The notes under the pieces: model-generated
The model's database searches: none
What the model was told of the DNA's origin: nothing
What the model saw: only the letters and a program-made list of their open reading frames with translations
In this document: piece by piece, positions 18,238 through 26,176 of the stretch
Layout of the letters: each line of letters begins with the position of its first letter
How positions within the stretch are numbered: the stretch's first letter is position 1
Translations under genes and position numbers: made by a program
Origin: Telmatocola sphagniphila
GTDB taxonomy: Bacteria > Planctomycetota > Planctomycetia > Gemmatales > Gemmataceae
Assembly (NCBI RefSeq): GCF_018398935.1
Contig: NZ_CP074694.1
Coordinates: forward strand, 5,670,001-5,702,000
DNA: 32,000 nt
Direction of reading: 5' to 3'

Positions 18238-18384
18238 ATGACGACGATCCTAGTCCTTAAACAAGCGAAGCGGACGCCGGTTTGCGAGAACCATGTGAGC
18301 TGCCCGGAAGGAGAATCATTTTTCGTCAAACACTTGGCTCAATCGATCAGTGATCGTATAGATCAATCGGAAGTGCAAAAGTAA
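18238..18384 (+). CDS. Candidate 48-aa mini-ORF coupled to the helicase gene
   Basis: ATG lies 8 nt after the helicase stop, and a gagg SD overlaps that stop. The peptide is MTTILVLKQAKRTPVCENHVSCPEGESFFVKHLAQSISDRIDQSEVQK. Below the ORF-track cut-off, with no homology evidence. Confidence 0.3.
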   Translation: MTTILVLKQAKRTPVCENHVSCPEGESFFVKHLAQSISDRIDQSEVQK

Positions 18385-18396
18385 GTCGCCAATCGC

Positions 18397-19077
18397 CTAC
18401 ATCCTCAACCCCGCCTTTCTACGCCCGTACCGCACGCATTCTTCAGAAATGATTTCAACGACGATTTCTTCGATGAGCATATCGGTCGAGGCCAGTGGGT
18501 GGAGTCTGTCCGCGATGCGATCTTGGATTTCGTCAGGCAATTTTTGCGGCAAGTATACGTGTCCGTCGGTGCCGATTATAGGGTTGACATTTACGCGGAC
18601 TTTACGGATCGGGTGTTTTGCGAAGATCGACGCACAACAACCGACGAAACGCGAGGCGGGCATAAAGAGTTCTTCGATGAAGCCGCGCCGATAGGTAATG
18701 CGTCCACCCAGGTTCGGGTCAAGAATCTTCCAATGTTGGAAATCGATTACCGCGTATATGAGCCAGGGCGTCTTCGGTTTGTGTCCGAGAACGATGGGAT
18801 GGATGCCGCGCCAAGTCATGCTCTCTTCACCGTTCCAATGCTTCTCCGCGAAGATGTGGGGAACATTGTGCGCGCTGTTCGGATCGGTTTCGGAGAACCC
18901 GATGGCGAAATGTTCATGCTCCGGTTCGGCGCATTGCAGGCGGATGAAATCGGAGAGAAAGTCCCGACCTCGTTCATCTGGCCCCTGTTCGTCAAGCCAG
19001 TCAGCGTATACCAGACGGGGCGCAACATCGTCCGGATATTCGCAAATGGTTCGGACGAAAGCGGCGCGGTCGCTCAT
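18397..19077 (-). CDS. TIGR02996 (repeat-companion) domain protein
   Basis: The N-terminus AFVRTICEYPDDVAPRLVYADWLDEQGPDERGRDFLSDFIRLQC matches the planctomycete TIGR02996 signature (P-DD-pRLVYADWLeE-Gd). Confidence 0.8.
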   Translation of the reverse strand: MSDRAAFVRTICEYPDDVAPRLVYADWLDEQGPDERGRDFLSDFIRLQCAEPEHEHFAIGFSETDPNSAHNVPHIFAEKHWNGEESMTWRGIHPIVLGHKPKTPWLIYAVIDFQHWKILDPNLGGRITYRRGFIEELFMPASRFVGCCASIFAKHPIRKVRVNVNPIIGTDGHVYLPQKLPDEIQDRIADRLHPLASTDMLIEEIVVEIISEECVRYGRRKAGLRM

Positions 19078-19421
19078 GGAGGTATTGTAGAACGACCTTA
19101 CCGAAATGGGCCAAAGTCAATGTCGAAAAGGTGAAAGTTGACAGCGACATAGGTCGATCAGAAGATGGAGAAGGTAATGGCAATCACTAAAATTGCTTTT
19201 GAAATGTAGCCAATCTAGCTTAATGCCCAGGGCTTCGAAAAGGCGACTGCCGGGCCGACTGCTACTGACCGACCCAAACTGGTCCGGGGTCTGTGAGACA
19301 AAAGAAATTAAAGGGCCTGAGAAGATTACCTGTCCAACAGTATCAGTCTTATTAACTGGTGAGACGACGCGGACTTCAAGAAATCCTTGGCATTTATCTT
19401 CTAAAGCTTTAACGTCCTCCA

Positions 19422-20330
19422 ATGCCTCGCCGCCTCCCCCCTAAGGGCGATTTTCAGCCCGATTTCTTCGCTGCCAGTTTCGCGGACATCCCGATCCGCG
19501 ACCAGCGGGATACGATGGAGAGGCCTTTTTTTAGCTTGGCCAAGAAGCCCCGTTTCGACCCAATCGAGTACCACGTCGGCGATGTCTGGCTCGAAGTAAG
19601 CGCGAATCCGATGTTCGGCATGGCCACCATCTGGGATGCCGATATTCTGCTTTGGGCTTCGACGCAAATCACCGAGGCGATTGACCGGGGAATGCCCGGC
19701 AACCGTACACTCAAATTCCACCCGCACAACCTCCTCAAATCCATCCGCCGCGAGACCGGCGGCGATCATTATGTCCGATTGCGGGCAGCCCTGGAACGCC
19801 TCACCCACACGGCGGTTCGGACCAATATCCGGGCCAATGGCAAAAAGAAGTTCGCTTCCTTCCATTGGCTGGAAAGCTGGACCGAGGTCACGGACGAAAC
19901 CACCGGCGAAACCCAGGGGATGACGATAACAATCCCCGATTGGTTATTCCAGGGCATCGTGATGAAGGGTGGTGTGCTGACTATCCACGAGGACTACTTC
20001 CTGCTCACGGGTGGAATTGAACGCTGGCTGTATCGAGTAGCTCGCAAGCATGCGGGGCACCAGGAGATTGGCTGGCAGTTTACCATGCGGCAGCTTTACG
20101 AGAAATCCGGTTCGACGGCTCGATTTTCGGATTTCGCTATCGATGTCCGGAGGCTGGTCGAATTGAATCAACTACCCGAATATTCGCTCTATCTGCATCG
20201 CAATGAGCAGGAGGAAGAGGTCATCAATTTTCTGAGGCGCAGCCAATTGGGGGTCGATGATCCGAATTACCAGTTCGAACGGAATCCCAAGCGGCGTTTA
20301 ACGCCCGCTGCGGTTCGATGGATTGATTGA
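19422..20330 (+). CDS. repA: Plasmid replication initiator (replication initiator protein A family)
   Basis: The N-terminal block DFFAASFADIPIRDQRDTMERPFFSLAKKPRFDPIEY...GMATIWDADILLWASTQI matches the conserved RPA-family signature. An iteron array follows immediately. Confidence 0.85.
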   Translation: MPRRLPPKGDFQPDFFAASFADIPIRDQRDTMERPFFSLAKKPRFDPIEYHVGDVWLEVSANPMFGMATIWDADILLWASTQITEAIDRGMPGNRTLKFHPHNLLKSIRRETGGDHYVRLRAALERLTHTAVRTNIRANGKKKFASFHWLESWTEVTDETTGETQGMTITIPDWLFQGIVMKGGVLTIHEDYFLLTGGIERWLYRVARKHAGHQEIGWQFTMRQLYEKSGSTARFSDFAIDVRRLVELNQLPEYSLYLHRNEQEEEVINFLRRSQLGVDDPNYQFERNPKRRLTPAAVRWID

Positions 20331-20347
20331 AAACAGTCACTTAAATT

Positions 20348-20656
20348 TCCGAGGGTCGGCCTATCGGGCGCATTCCGGTTGAATTCTTCATCTTCGGATC
20401 TCCTTTCGAGCCCCCTCTTCTCCCGACTTTGAACGCAATCGAATCGATTTATGGGTGATTATCGTAAATTTCGGAGAGGATTTCGGCAAAGTGCCGGTCA
20501 TCAACCTATTAGGCGTACAGTTCGTAGATTCATTTCGCTGGACAAGTTATCCCCAACCGCTCCAATACAACACGGCCTATTAGACGCAACCTGCTCGGCC
20601 TATTAGACGCAGTTTCATTTGGCCTATTGGGCGCATGGATTCGGCCTATTAGGCGC
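20348..20656 (+). repeat. Iteron array (oriV candidate), consensus GGCCTATTAGGCGC
   Basis: Direct copies occur at 20348, 20503, 20574, 20597, 20621 and 20643. The last four are spaced 23, 24 and 22 bp apart. An inverted partial copy lies at 20985-20998, and a DnaA-box-like ttatcccca at 20547-20555. Confidence 0.8.
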
Positions 20657-20699
20657 GCCAACGCCCGAAAAATCCCTGTGATTCAAGCGTTTCCAGGGG

Positions 20700-20745
20700 G
20701 CCTAACTGTTTAACCTAAACAATAAATATAACTCTTTTAACGGAA
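20700..20745. promoter_or_regulatory. AT-rich stretch, candidate DNA-unwinding element
   Basis: cctaactgtttaacctaaacaataaatataactcttttaacgg lies just after the iterons. It is A+T-rich and carries four TAAC motifs. Confidence 0.35.
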
Positions 20746-21020
20746 GCGGTTTGTGCACAATTCGTTTTGCCCCACACCTGTTTTGTTCTCTCCAACCCTG
20801 CTTTGAACATCTCTTAGGATCGAAGAAAGTGGCTCAGCAGAAAGGGACTTCCCGGGATCGATCTATTCCCTTCAAAGAACGATTCGCGCGGGCAACCTGA
20901 GGCGAAAGGCGTATCGAAGCCCCTACCCTATCAAAAAACGTCTTCGCTGCTAAAAAGGCTATTTCTCGGAGAAATGACTTTAATGCGCCTAATAAACGGT
21001 GTTCCGGTGGATTTCGAAAT

Positions 21021-21338
21021 TTAGGACCAATACCCTTTGGCTCGCATCCAGTCCTCCAAAGCCTCCTCGAGCACTTCCTGCAAGGAATTGGGATACTGGT
21101 TATTCAATTGCCGCTCGAGGGATTCCCTCTTGAGGGCATTGGCGAATTCCGCGCGGAGTCGTGAAGTAAAGGGAACTCGGCTTATGGGCGGTTGGCCTTT
21201 GGGATCGCGGCTTTCCACGGCTTTCGGATGAATTTTGACGGGTTCCTCGGCTTCTTTGCTGCCAAAAACAAACTGCTTTTCAATGGCTGGATCGATAGGA
21301 TCCTTCAGGCCGGTGACTAATGGTCTTCTCTCTTTCAT
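21021..21338 (-). CDS. Ribbon-helix-helix partition/centromere-binding protein (ParG-like)
   Basis: Small ORF directly downstream of parA. The ATG at 21338 is preceded by a gggaggaag SD; the track's GTG at 21353 is less likely. The C-terminal part (ISRVPFTSRLRAEFANALKRESL...LEEALEDWM) is a beta-strand-plus-helices RHH pattern. Confidence 0.7.
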   Translation of the reverse strand: MKERRPLVTGLKDPIDPAIEKQFVFGSKEAEEPVKIHPKAVESRDPKGQPPISRVPFTSRLRAEFANALKRESLERQLNNQYPNSLQEVLEEALEDWMRAKGYWS

Positions 21339-21355
21339 GAGTCTTCCTCCCACAA

Positions 21356-22030
21356 TTAAGCAGATTCCAATTTCATGATTTTGCTTCGCTTTTTGCTGGC
21401 GACCGCATCCGGCAGTAACTCCCTGAAAAGGGCCTGCACTTCATCGGCGGCTTCGCGGCCCCGACTCCCCAGTTTCCAGACGACTGCCCCCTGCCCCGGC
21501 GCATCGGCATAGATCTGCTTCAGAGTTAAAGCGGTCTTGGCCAGCGGAAGCTCTAAAGCTTCGGCGGCATCCTTCATATCCTGCGTCAAGCGATAGTTTT
21601 TTCCCACCATTGAAAGAACGATCACGGCTTCGGGATGGCCTCCCCGAATATCCTGGGATTGCCGTAAGACCTTGGTTGCCTGGGAAAGCGCCCTCACCTC
21701 CAACATGGAGGCTTTGCACGGGACGATAGCCAGATCCGCTCGAAGTAGTAAGGCTCGGCTGGTTTCCGTGTTGCTGCCCGGGCCATCGGCGACGACATAC
21801 TCGGCGTGTTCGCTCAGTGTTGGCAAACGATCCAAGATTTCTTCGGGGTCGGCGAGTCGTACCGTTTTAACTCCGGGTACCGCTTCGGCGGCCCAATCGG
21901 AGGAGGAATGCTGCGTGTCGCAATCGGCCAGAGTTACCGTATGGCCCTGCTCAAAAAGCCAAGCGGCTAAATGGACAGCCAGCGTGGACTTCCCAACTCC
22001 GCCTTTTGAATTAGCAACGACAATGATCAT
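21356..22030 (-). CDS. parA: ParA-family partition ATPase
   Basis: Deviant Walker A at the N-terminus (MIIVVANSKGGVGKSTLAVHLA). Size (224 aa) and context are typical of plasmid type Ib ParA. Confidence 0.9.
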   Translation of the reverse strand: MIIVVANSKGGVGKSTLAVHLAAWLFEQGHTVTLADCDTQHSSSDWAAEAVPGVKTVRLADPEEILDRLPTLSEHAEYVVADGPGSNTETSRALLLRADLAIVPCKASMLEVRALSQATKVLRQSQDIRGGHPEAVIVLSMVGKNYRLTQDMKDAAEALELPLAKTALTLKQIYADAPGQGAVVWKLGSRGREAADEVQALFRELLPDAVASKKRSKIMKLESA

Positions 22031-22345
22031 GCGGCGGACGGTACCACATGTTTACATGATTGCAAGTAATATGTGCAACATGAAGACACGACGACATGTC
22101 GGCAAGGCGACATAATTTTATGTCTTCAGGTAAGTATGAAAGCTTGTCGTCGTGTAAGTATGTCAGCACGCCGTTTTGATGACTTGGCGTCAGTACGACA
22201 TGTAAGCAAGTAATCTGTATTTCATGTATTCATGCAGTCTGGCAATCATGCTTACATGTTTACAAGAATGCAAAATGATCGCCTAACATGTAATCATGTT
22301 TTCATGTCGGCATGTCTGTCTGAAAACATGTCTGTTTGTATTCAT
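22031..22345. promoter_or_regulatory. CATG-box array upstream of parA: candidate centromere (parC/parH-like) and par operator
   Basis: There are 15 CATG cores between 22028 and 22330, of which 10 are CATGT and 6 are palindromic ACATGT. ACATGTTTACA is duplicated (22046, 22254), and there are several 7-8 bp inverted repeats (gaagaca/tgtcttc; cgacgaca/tgtcgtcg). Confidence 0.6.
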
Positions 22346-22604
22346 CTTTGCAGGCTTGAAAGTCAGCTTTCTGGCTAGTCTGCCGGAATTTCACGGTGAA
22401 ATTCTGCCGATGCGAAGCATCGGGAAGATGCCTGTACCGTTGAGGGATATTTTTTTCTCGTGGGAAAATCGCTCGAAAATGCATTAGAATTTGGGGCGCT
22501 GAAGATAGAAAAAGCGTCCCCAGTATCGCTTCCGAAGCGAGCGATTGCACCTATAATCGACCGGAATCATTGCAAAGTATATTAAATCCCCAGCCTCGAA
22601 ATCG

Positions 22605-23126
22605 GTGGTCGTAGATCGGAATATGAATGACATGGAAGAACTCGATTCGGAATCCCAGGAACTACCGCACTACCGGCGTCCTTGGATCCTGCTGATTCCT
22701 CTCGGATTCGCAGCCTTCCTTTTTTTCTTGCTGACACTTCTCTTTCTTTTTGGACCGGTAGACAAAAAGCATAAAGAAGATGATTCGGCCATGTTGCTTT
22801 TAGTAGGCGGCATCATGGCATTTTTCTTCGCGGTATCTTTTTTTGTTTGCGTTCGGCTTTACCGGGGGCCGCGACCGGGCACGACCTCAGCGTTGCCGCT
22901 TTGGTTCATTCGCGGATTTGGCCTATTCATGGCTCTGGGGACAATCGGAACCTATCTGTTGAATAAAACGAGTTTTCCAAATTGCATTAAAAGTCTTGTT
23001 TTGTTCCTGGGGATTGCGATTACGGGCGATGTTGTTCAGATGATTCAGGACTCCTCGAAAGAAGACAAAGAAAAAGAGAAAGCCCCCAGGAATTCGGGAT
23101 CCCAGACGGATGATGAATCAAAATAG
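22605..23126 (+). CDS. Hypothetical membrane protein with charged C-terminal tail
   Basis: About four hydrophobic helices and a tail SSKEDKEKEKAPRNSGSQTDDESK. The track start is GTG at 22605; ATG at 22623 is an alternative. Confidence 0.6.
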   Translation: MVVDRNMNDMEELDSESQELPHYRRPWILLIPLGFAAFLFFLLTLLFLFGPVDKKHKEDDSAMLLLVGGIMAFFFAVSFFVCVRLYRGPRPGTTSALPLWFIRGFGLFMALGTIGTYLLNKTSFPNCIKSLVLFLGIAITGDVVQMIQDSSKEDKEKEKAPRNSGSQTDDESK

Positions 23127-23192
23127 CCCATTGGGAGTACCAAAGAGTTTTCTATTTGCTTACCTCGATTGACGAGTTGTACAATTCAAGCT

Positions 23193-23259
23193 GTCCCGCA
23201 GATTGCTCCCGGACTTCGTGCTTGGGCGACACGGAACCGGACCTCTGCGGGACTTTTTT
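23193..23259 (+). terminator. Hairpin plus T-run terminator between convergent genes
   Basis: gtcccgcag (23193-23201) pairs with ctgcgggac (23245-23253) and is followed by tttttt. The loop is large (about 43 nt). Confidence 0.5.
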
Positions 23260-23398
23260 CATTTCTTGTCGTGCAGCTTCTTTAGACTCTATGGGGCTTT
23301 TCCGACGCACGGTGGTTATTCCTTAAGTTCTTAAACCTGAATGATCAGTCTTAGATCTGAAAGCGAATAACCACGCTAATCTTCCGAGCTATAGGTAT

Positions 23399-25015
23399 CT
23401 ACTTGAGAAACTCTACCAGGAAACGATGGGTAGACTGTGTTACAGGAGCAAGGCTTGAATTAACACTCAGATCGTCGCCGCTGTGCTCGACTCGACCGCA
23501 CCTGATCTGAGTGGCATACCAGAGTCCTTTCGGAGATTGTTCGGCTGCGTCGATAATCGTGGTCTCGATCCAATTTGAAGTCTTTTCCGGCATGATTTCT
23601 GATCGAACGCACATATAGTCGCGATCCGGTGCTAACCAGTAACGCCGTACATTTTTTCCCGTTTTGACATCCTGCACCGTGATCATCGCCGCTTCACTGG
23701 GGCCAATCGAAGGCTTGGGATTCAACGTGGCCCGAACTCCTTGGTTTGGTAGACCGAGCCCGGGATAGATTATGCGATCAGGACAGTACGATGGGCTGAT
23801 GGTATCTTTGTTCAAGTAACGAGTGGTTTCCATTTTGTCTACTTCCGCCTTCCACCACAACATGCGGCCGGCACTATCAGGCAGACTTTCAATCAATTTG
23901 AAAGCCAAAGGATTCGCTTCCTTGGGGAGTTTTCTCACTTCGTCTAGAAGCTGTTTTACCGCGTCCGGGTTCGGGCCATTGGCCCCCAGCATCATTTGTA
24001 ATCTTTGGATCTGAGTGAGATCGACTTCTTCACCGCTGTGGCCCTGGTCATCATGCCGTGAGCGATGAACCAGGCCGAGGGTCTTCCAATCATCCTGCTG
24101 AATGGAGGTTAAAATGGTCGCTTTGTAGTGATCGAAGGACTGACGTTGTTTTTTGGCATAATCGTCTAAGAGCTTTTTCAACTCTTTACCTGAAGTAGTG
24201 TCGATCACCTGGGCGTCCTTCGGCACATTCATCGCATACAAGTTTTCCGGACCGGATTCGGGATAGTCGATGGCATAAGTTCTCGAATAAGGTTTCTCTT
24301 GAAATTTCCATTCTTCAACCATCTTGGAGGGTAATTGCGAACCGCTTGGCACATGAAATATTTGCCGAAACTGCGGTGGAGAATGGCGGTCGTCCTCAAA
24401 ATCGAATGCGTATTCCGTCCAGCGATTGTCTCCAGAGCGTTTTTCGTCGCGGCTGGTACGAACGACCTTCATTTCATCCGGACCGGAATTCCGAACTTCG
24501 TTTTTTTCGCCAATAGATTGCAAGATCGACTTAAAAGCGGTGAAACTTTCCTCCTCATGGCTATCCGCATCGGAAATAATCACCGTCTTCGTCTTCACGT
24601 CGTAGCGTAACTCCTTATTGAGACCGAATTCGAGAAAGGCAGTGAATTTCGGAAATTTTCCCGCCGCAATTCGCTTCTTAGGGGACATCCAAATCTCAAC
24701 TTGGGCATCTTTTTTCGGATCGGACAACGTGAGCCGCACCCACGCTTGTTTTTGCATTTTGTCAAGTACTTGTGACCATGCATCGGTTGGCCAAAAGACA
24801 AATGCAGTAACAATCAAAGCGAGGGCAGCCGTTATGGACCATGTGATTTTTCGGATGCCCGTTAGTGGTCTGGAGGAATTTACCGAGACGTTTGGTTGGC
24901 CAAGCGGGATGTACTTATCCAGATCGATGTCTGGAATGGGGACCTCCAAAATGGTTTGCACGGCCAGGCGATAAGGTAAAGGCAGTTCGTCATAAGTTGG
25001 CTTTGGACTTTTCAC
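23399..25015 (-). CDS. Putative anti-sigma factor / single-pass membrane protein coupled to the ECF sigma gene
   Basis: Its GTG start overlaps the sigma-gene stop as GTGA (25012-25015). It has one TM helix (ITWSITAALALIVTAFVFW) after a short cytoplasmic N-terminus and a large extracytoplasmic domain with no motif I recognise. Confidence 0.6.
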   Translation of the reverse strand: MKSPKPTYDELPLPYRLAVQTILEVPIPDIDLDKYIPLGQPNVSVNSSRPLTGIRKITWSITAALALIVTAFVFWPTDAWSQVLDKMQKQAWVRLTLSDPKKDAQVEIWMSPKKRIAAGKFPKFTAFLEFGLNKELRYDVKTKTVIISDADSHEEESFTAFKSILQSIGEKNEVRNSGPDEMKVVRTSRDEKRSGDNRWTEYAFDFEDDRHSPPQFRQIFHVPSGSQLPSKMVEEWKFQEKPYSRTYAIDYPESGPENLYAMNVPKDAQVIDTTSGKELKKLLDDYAKKQRQSFDHYKATILTSIQQDDWKTLGLVHRSRHDDQGHSGEEVDLTQIQRLQMMLGANGPNPDAVKQLLDEVRKLPKEANPLAFKLIESLPDSAGRMLWWKAEVDKMETTRYLNKDTISPSYCPDRIIYPGLGLPNQGVRATLNPKPSIGPSEAAMITVQDVKTGKNVRRYWLAPDRDYMCVRSEIMPEKTSNWIETTIIDAAEQSPKGLWYATQIRCGRVEHSGDDLSVNSSLAPVTQSTHRFLVEFLK

Positions 25016-25548
25016 TGTGATTCTCCTTTAGATGAGTTAGAGAGTACGACGTCAAGTTTGACGCGGACCTTATGGATTGCGGCAGCCACCGCACCCGTAC
25101 TAATTTCTAAAACAGTGGCAATTTCTGAGTTCGAAAGCTGATCGAAATAGCGAAGCGCAAATACGGCGCCCTCTCGTTCCGGTAGAGCGGCAATTACCGA
25201 CCGCAAATGTTCCGCTAATTCGCGACGTACTGCATCATCGAATGGCGAACTGTTCCAAGTCGCCAACGATTCCAAAGAATGCGGATGTTCCTGGCGAAAT
25301 CTCCGCCGTCGATCCAGAGCTGCGTAGATTGCCAGACGACGGAAATAGGCTCCCCAATTGCGGATTCGATCAATTTGATTCCCGGAAATAACTTTTAGAA
25401 AAACTTCTTGTACTACTTCCTCTGCATCAGCGGCATTATCCAAAACGCGCATGGCGGTTTGAAAAATCATTCGACCATGCTCTTTGACAAGGGCGTTCCA
25501 GTTGACCGGCATATTTGTGATCTCGAATTTCCCAGCATCGAACGTCAA
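25012..25548 (-). CDS. ECF-type RNA polymerase sigma-70 family factor
   Basis: Region 2 (AADAEEVVQEVFLKV...WGAYFRRLAIYAALDRRR) and a region 4 HTH (LSNSEIATVLEISTGAVAAAIHKVRVKL). The track start is TTG at 25548; ATG at 25512 is an alternative. Confidence 0.9.
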   Translation of the reverse strand: MTFDAGKFEITNMPVNWNALVKEHGRMIFQTAMRVLDNAADAEEVVQEVFLKVISGNQIDRIRNWGAYFRRLAIYAALDRRRRFRQEHPHSLESLATWNSSPFDDAVRRELAEHLRSVIAALPEREGAVFALRYFDQLSNSEIATVLEISTGAVAAAIHKVRVKLDVVLSNSSKGESQ

Positions 25549-25821
25549 CCTTCTGACGCTTCTGGAATCGCAAAATTACTAGTTCGAATGGAAATATTTT
25601 GAAATTCAGAATTCAGTCTGTTCCAACTGGTAACTCGTTAGTTTTGGTTCATTCGAGGGTGTGTCTTCAGCCAATGATGAACTAGCAGCCAACATGCTTG
25701 CGATCACGAAGAATCGTGTCAATTTTTGCCACATCGTTCCCGTTGCAAAATAAAAATAATTATCAACGCTTGGCTTATTTTGTAATCTCAGCTACCTTCT
25801 CGATGAAAAAAATACACAAGG

Positions 25822-26085
25822 TTGCGAGGGGTCATGTCATGGAGCGAACGCACGGCCAAGATTCAAGTGGGGGATAAGGTGGCGTTTAGCAAACGCTACT
25901 GTCAATCGTCTGGTCAGGTCACGGGAGAAATTCCCTTTGCTCGAGGGGTGGTCCAAGAGCTGAAAGCCATGGGTCCCGAGTTTGTGCTGGCGACCGTTAA
26001 ATGGGATAATCCCGACATTGGTGAGAAAGTCGCTGCCAGTAATCTCGTCCGGGTGACAGAGAAGGGAATTCTCGACGAGTACTGA
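25822..26085 (+). CDS. Hypothetical small protein
   Basis: 87-aa ORF; the likely true start is ATG 25834, after gagggg. A bidirectional terminator follows. No recognisable motif. Confidence 0.5.
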   Translation: MRGVMSWSERTAKIQVGDKVAFSKRYCQSSGQVTGEIPFARGVVQELKAMGPEFVLATVKWDNPDIGEKVAASNLVRVTEKGILDEY

Positions 26086-26140
26086 TCTCGCGGCTAGATC
26101 TTGAAAAAGAAAACAGCCGCGCGAAGCGCGGCGCGACCTT

Positions 26141-26176
26141 CAAAAGAAAAACCCGCCTCGCGGCGGGTTATTTATT
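26141..26176. terminator. Bidirectional rho-independent terminator
   Basis: 8-bp stem aacccgcc/ggcgggtt (26150-26169), flanked by an A-run on one side and tatttatt on the other. It serves the convergent genes ending at 26085 (+) and 26176 (-). Confidence 0.65.

Noticed and set aside
18499-19134. 211-aa plus-strand ORF
   Set aside because: It is antisense to the gene whose N-terminus carries the TIGR02996 signature. It has no motif support.
19401-19865. 154-aa minus-strand ORF
   Set aside because: It is antisense to the Rep gene, which has a strong family signature.
20348-20656. Regularly spaced short repeats that could be mistaken for a mini-CRISPR array
   Set aside because: The repeats are only 14 bp with 22-24 bp start-to-start spacing, lie directly downstream of a Rep gene, and have no cas genes nearby. 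Iterons explain them.
22296-22550. ORFs of 63 aa (+) and 82 aa (-) inside and next to the CATG array
   Set aside because: They overlap each other antisense, lack SD sequences and lie in a repeat-dense regulatory region. The ORFs are probably a by-product of ATG-rich repeats.
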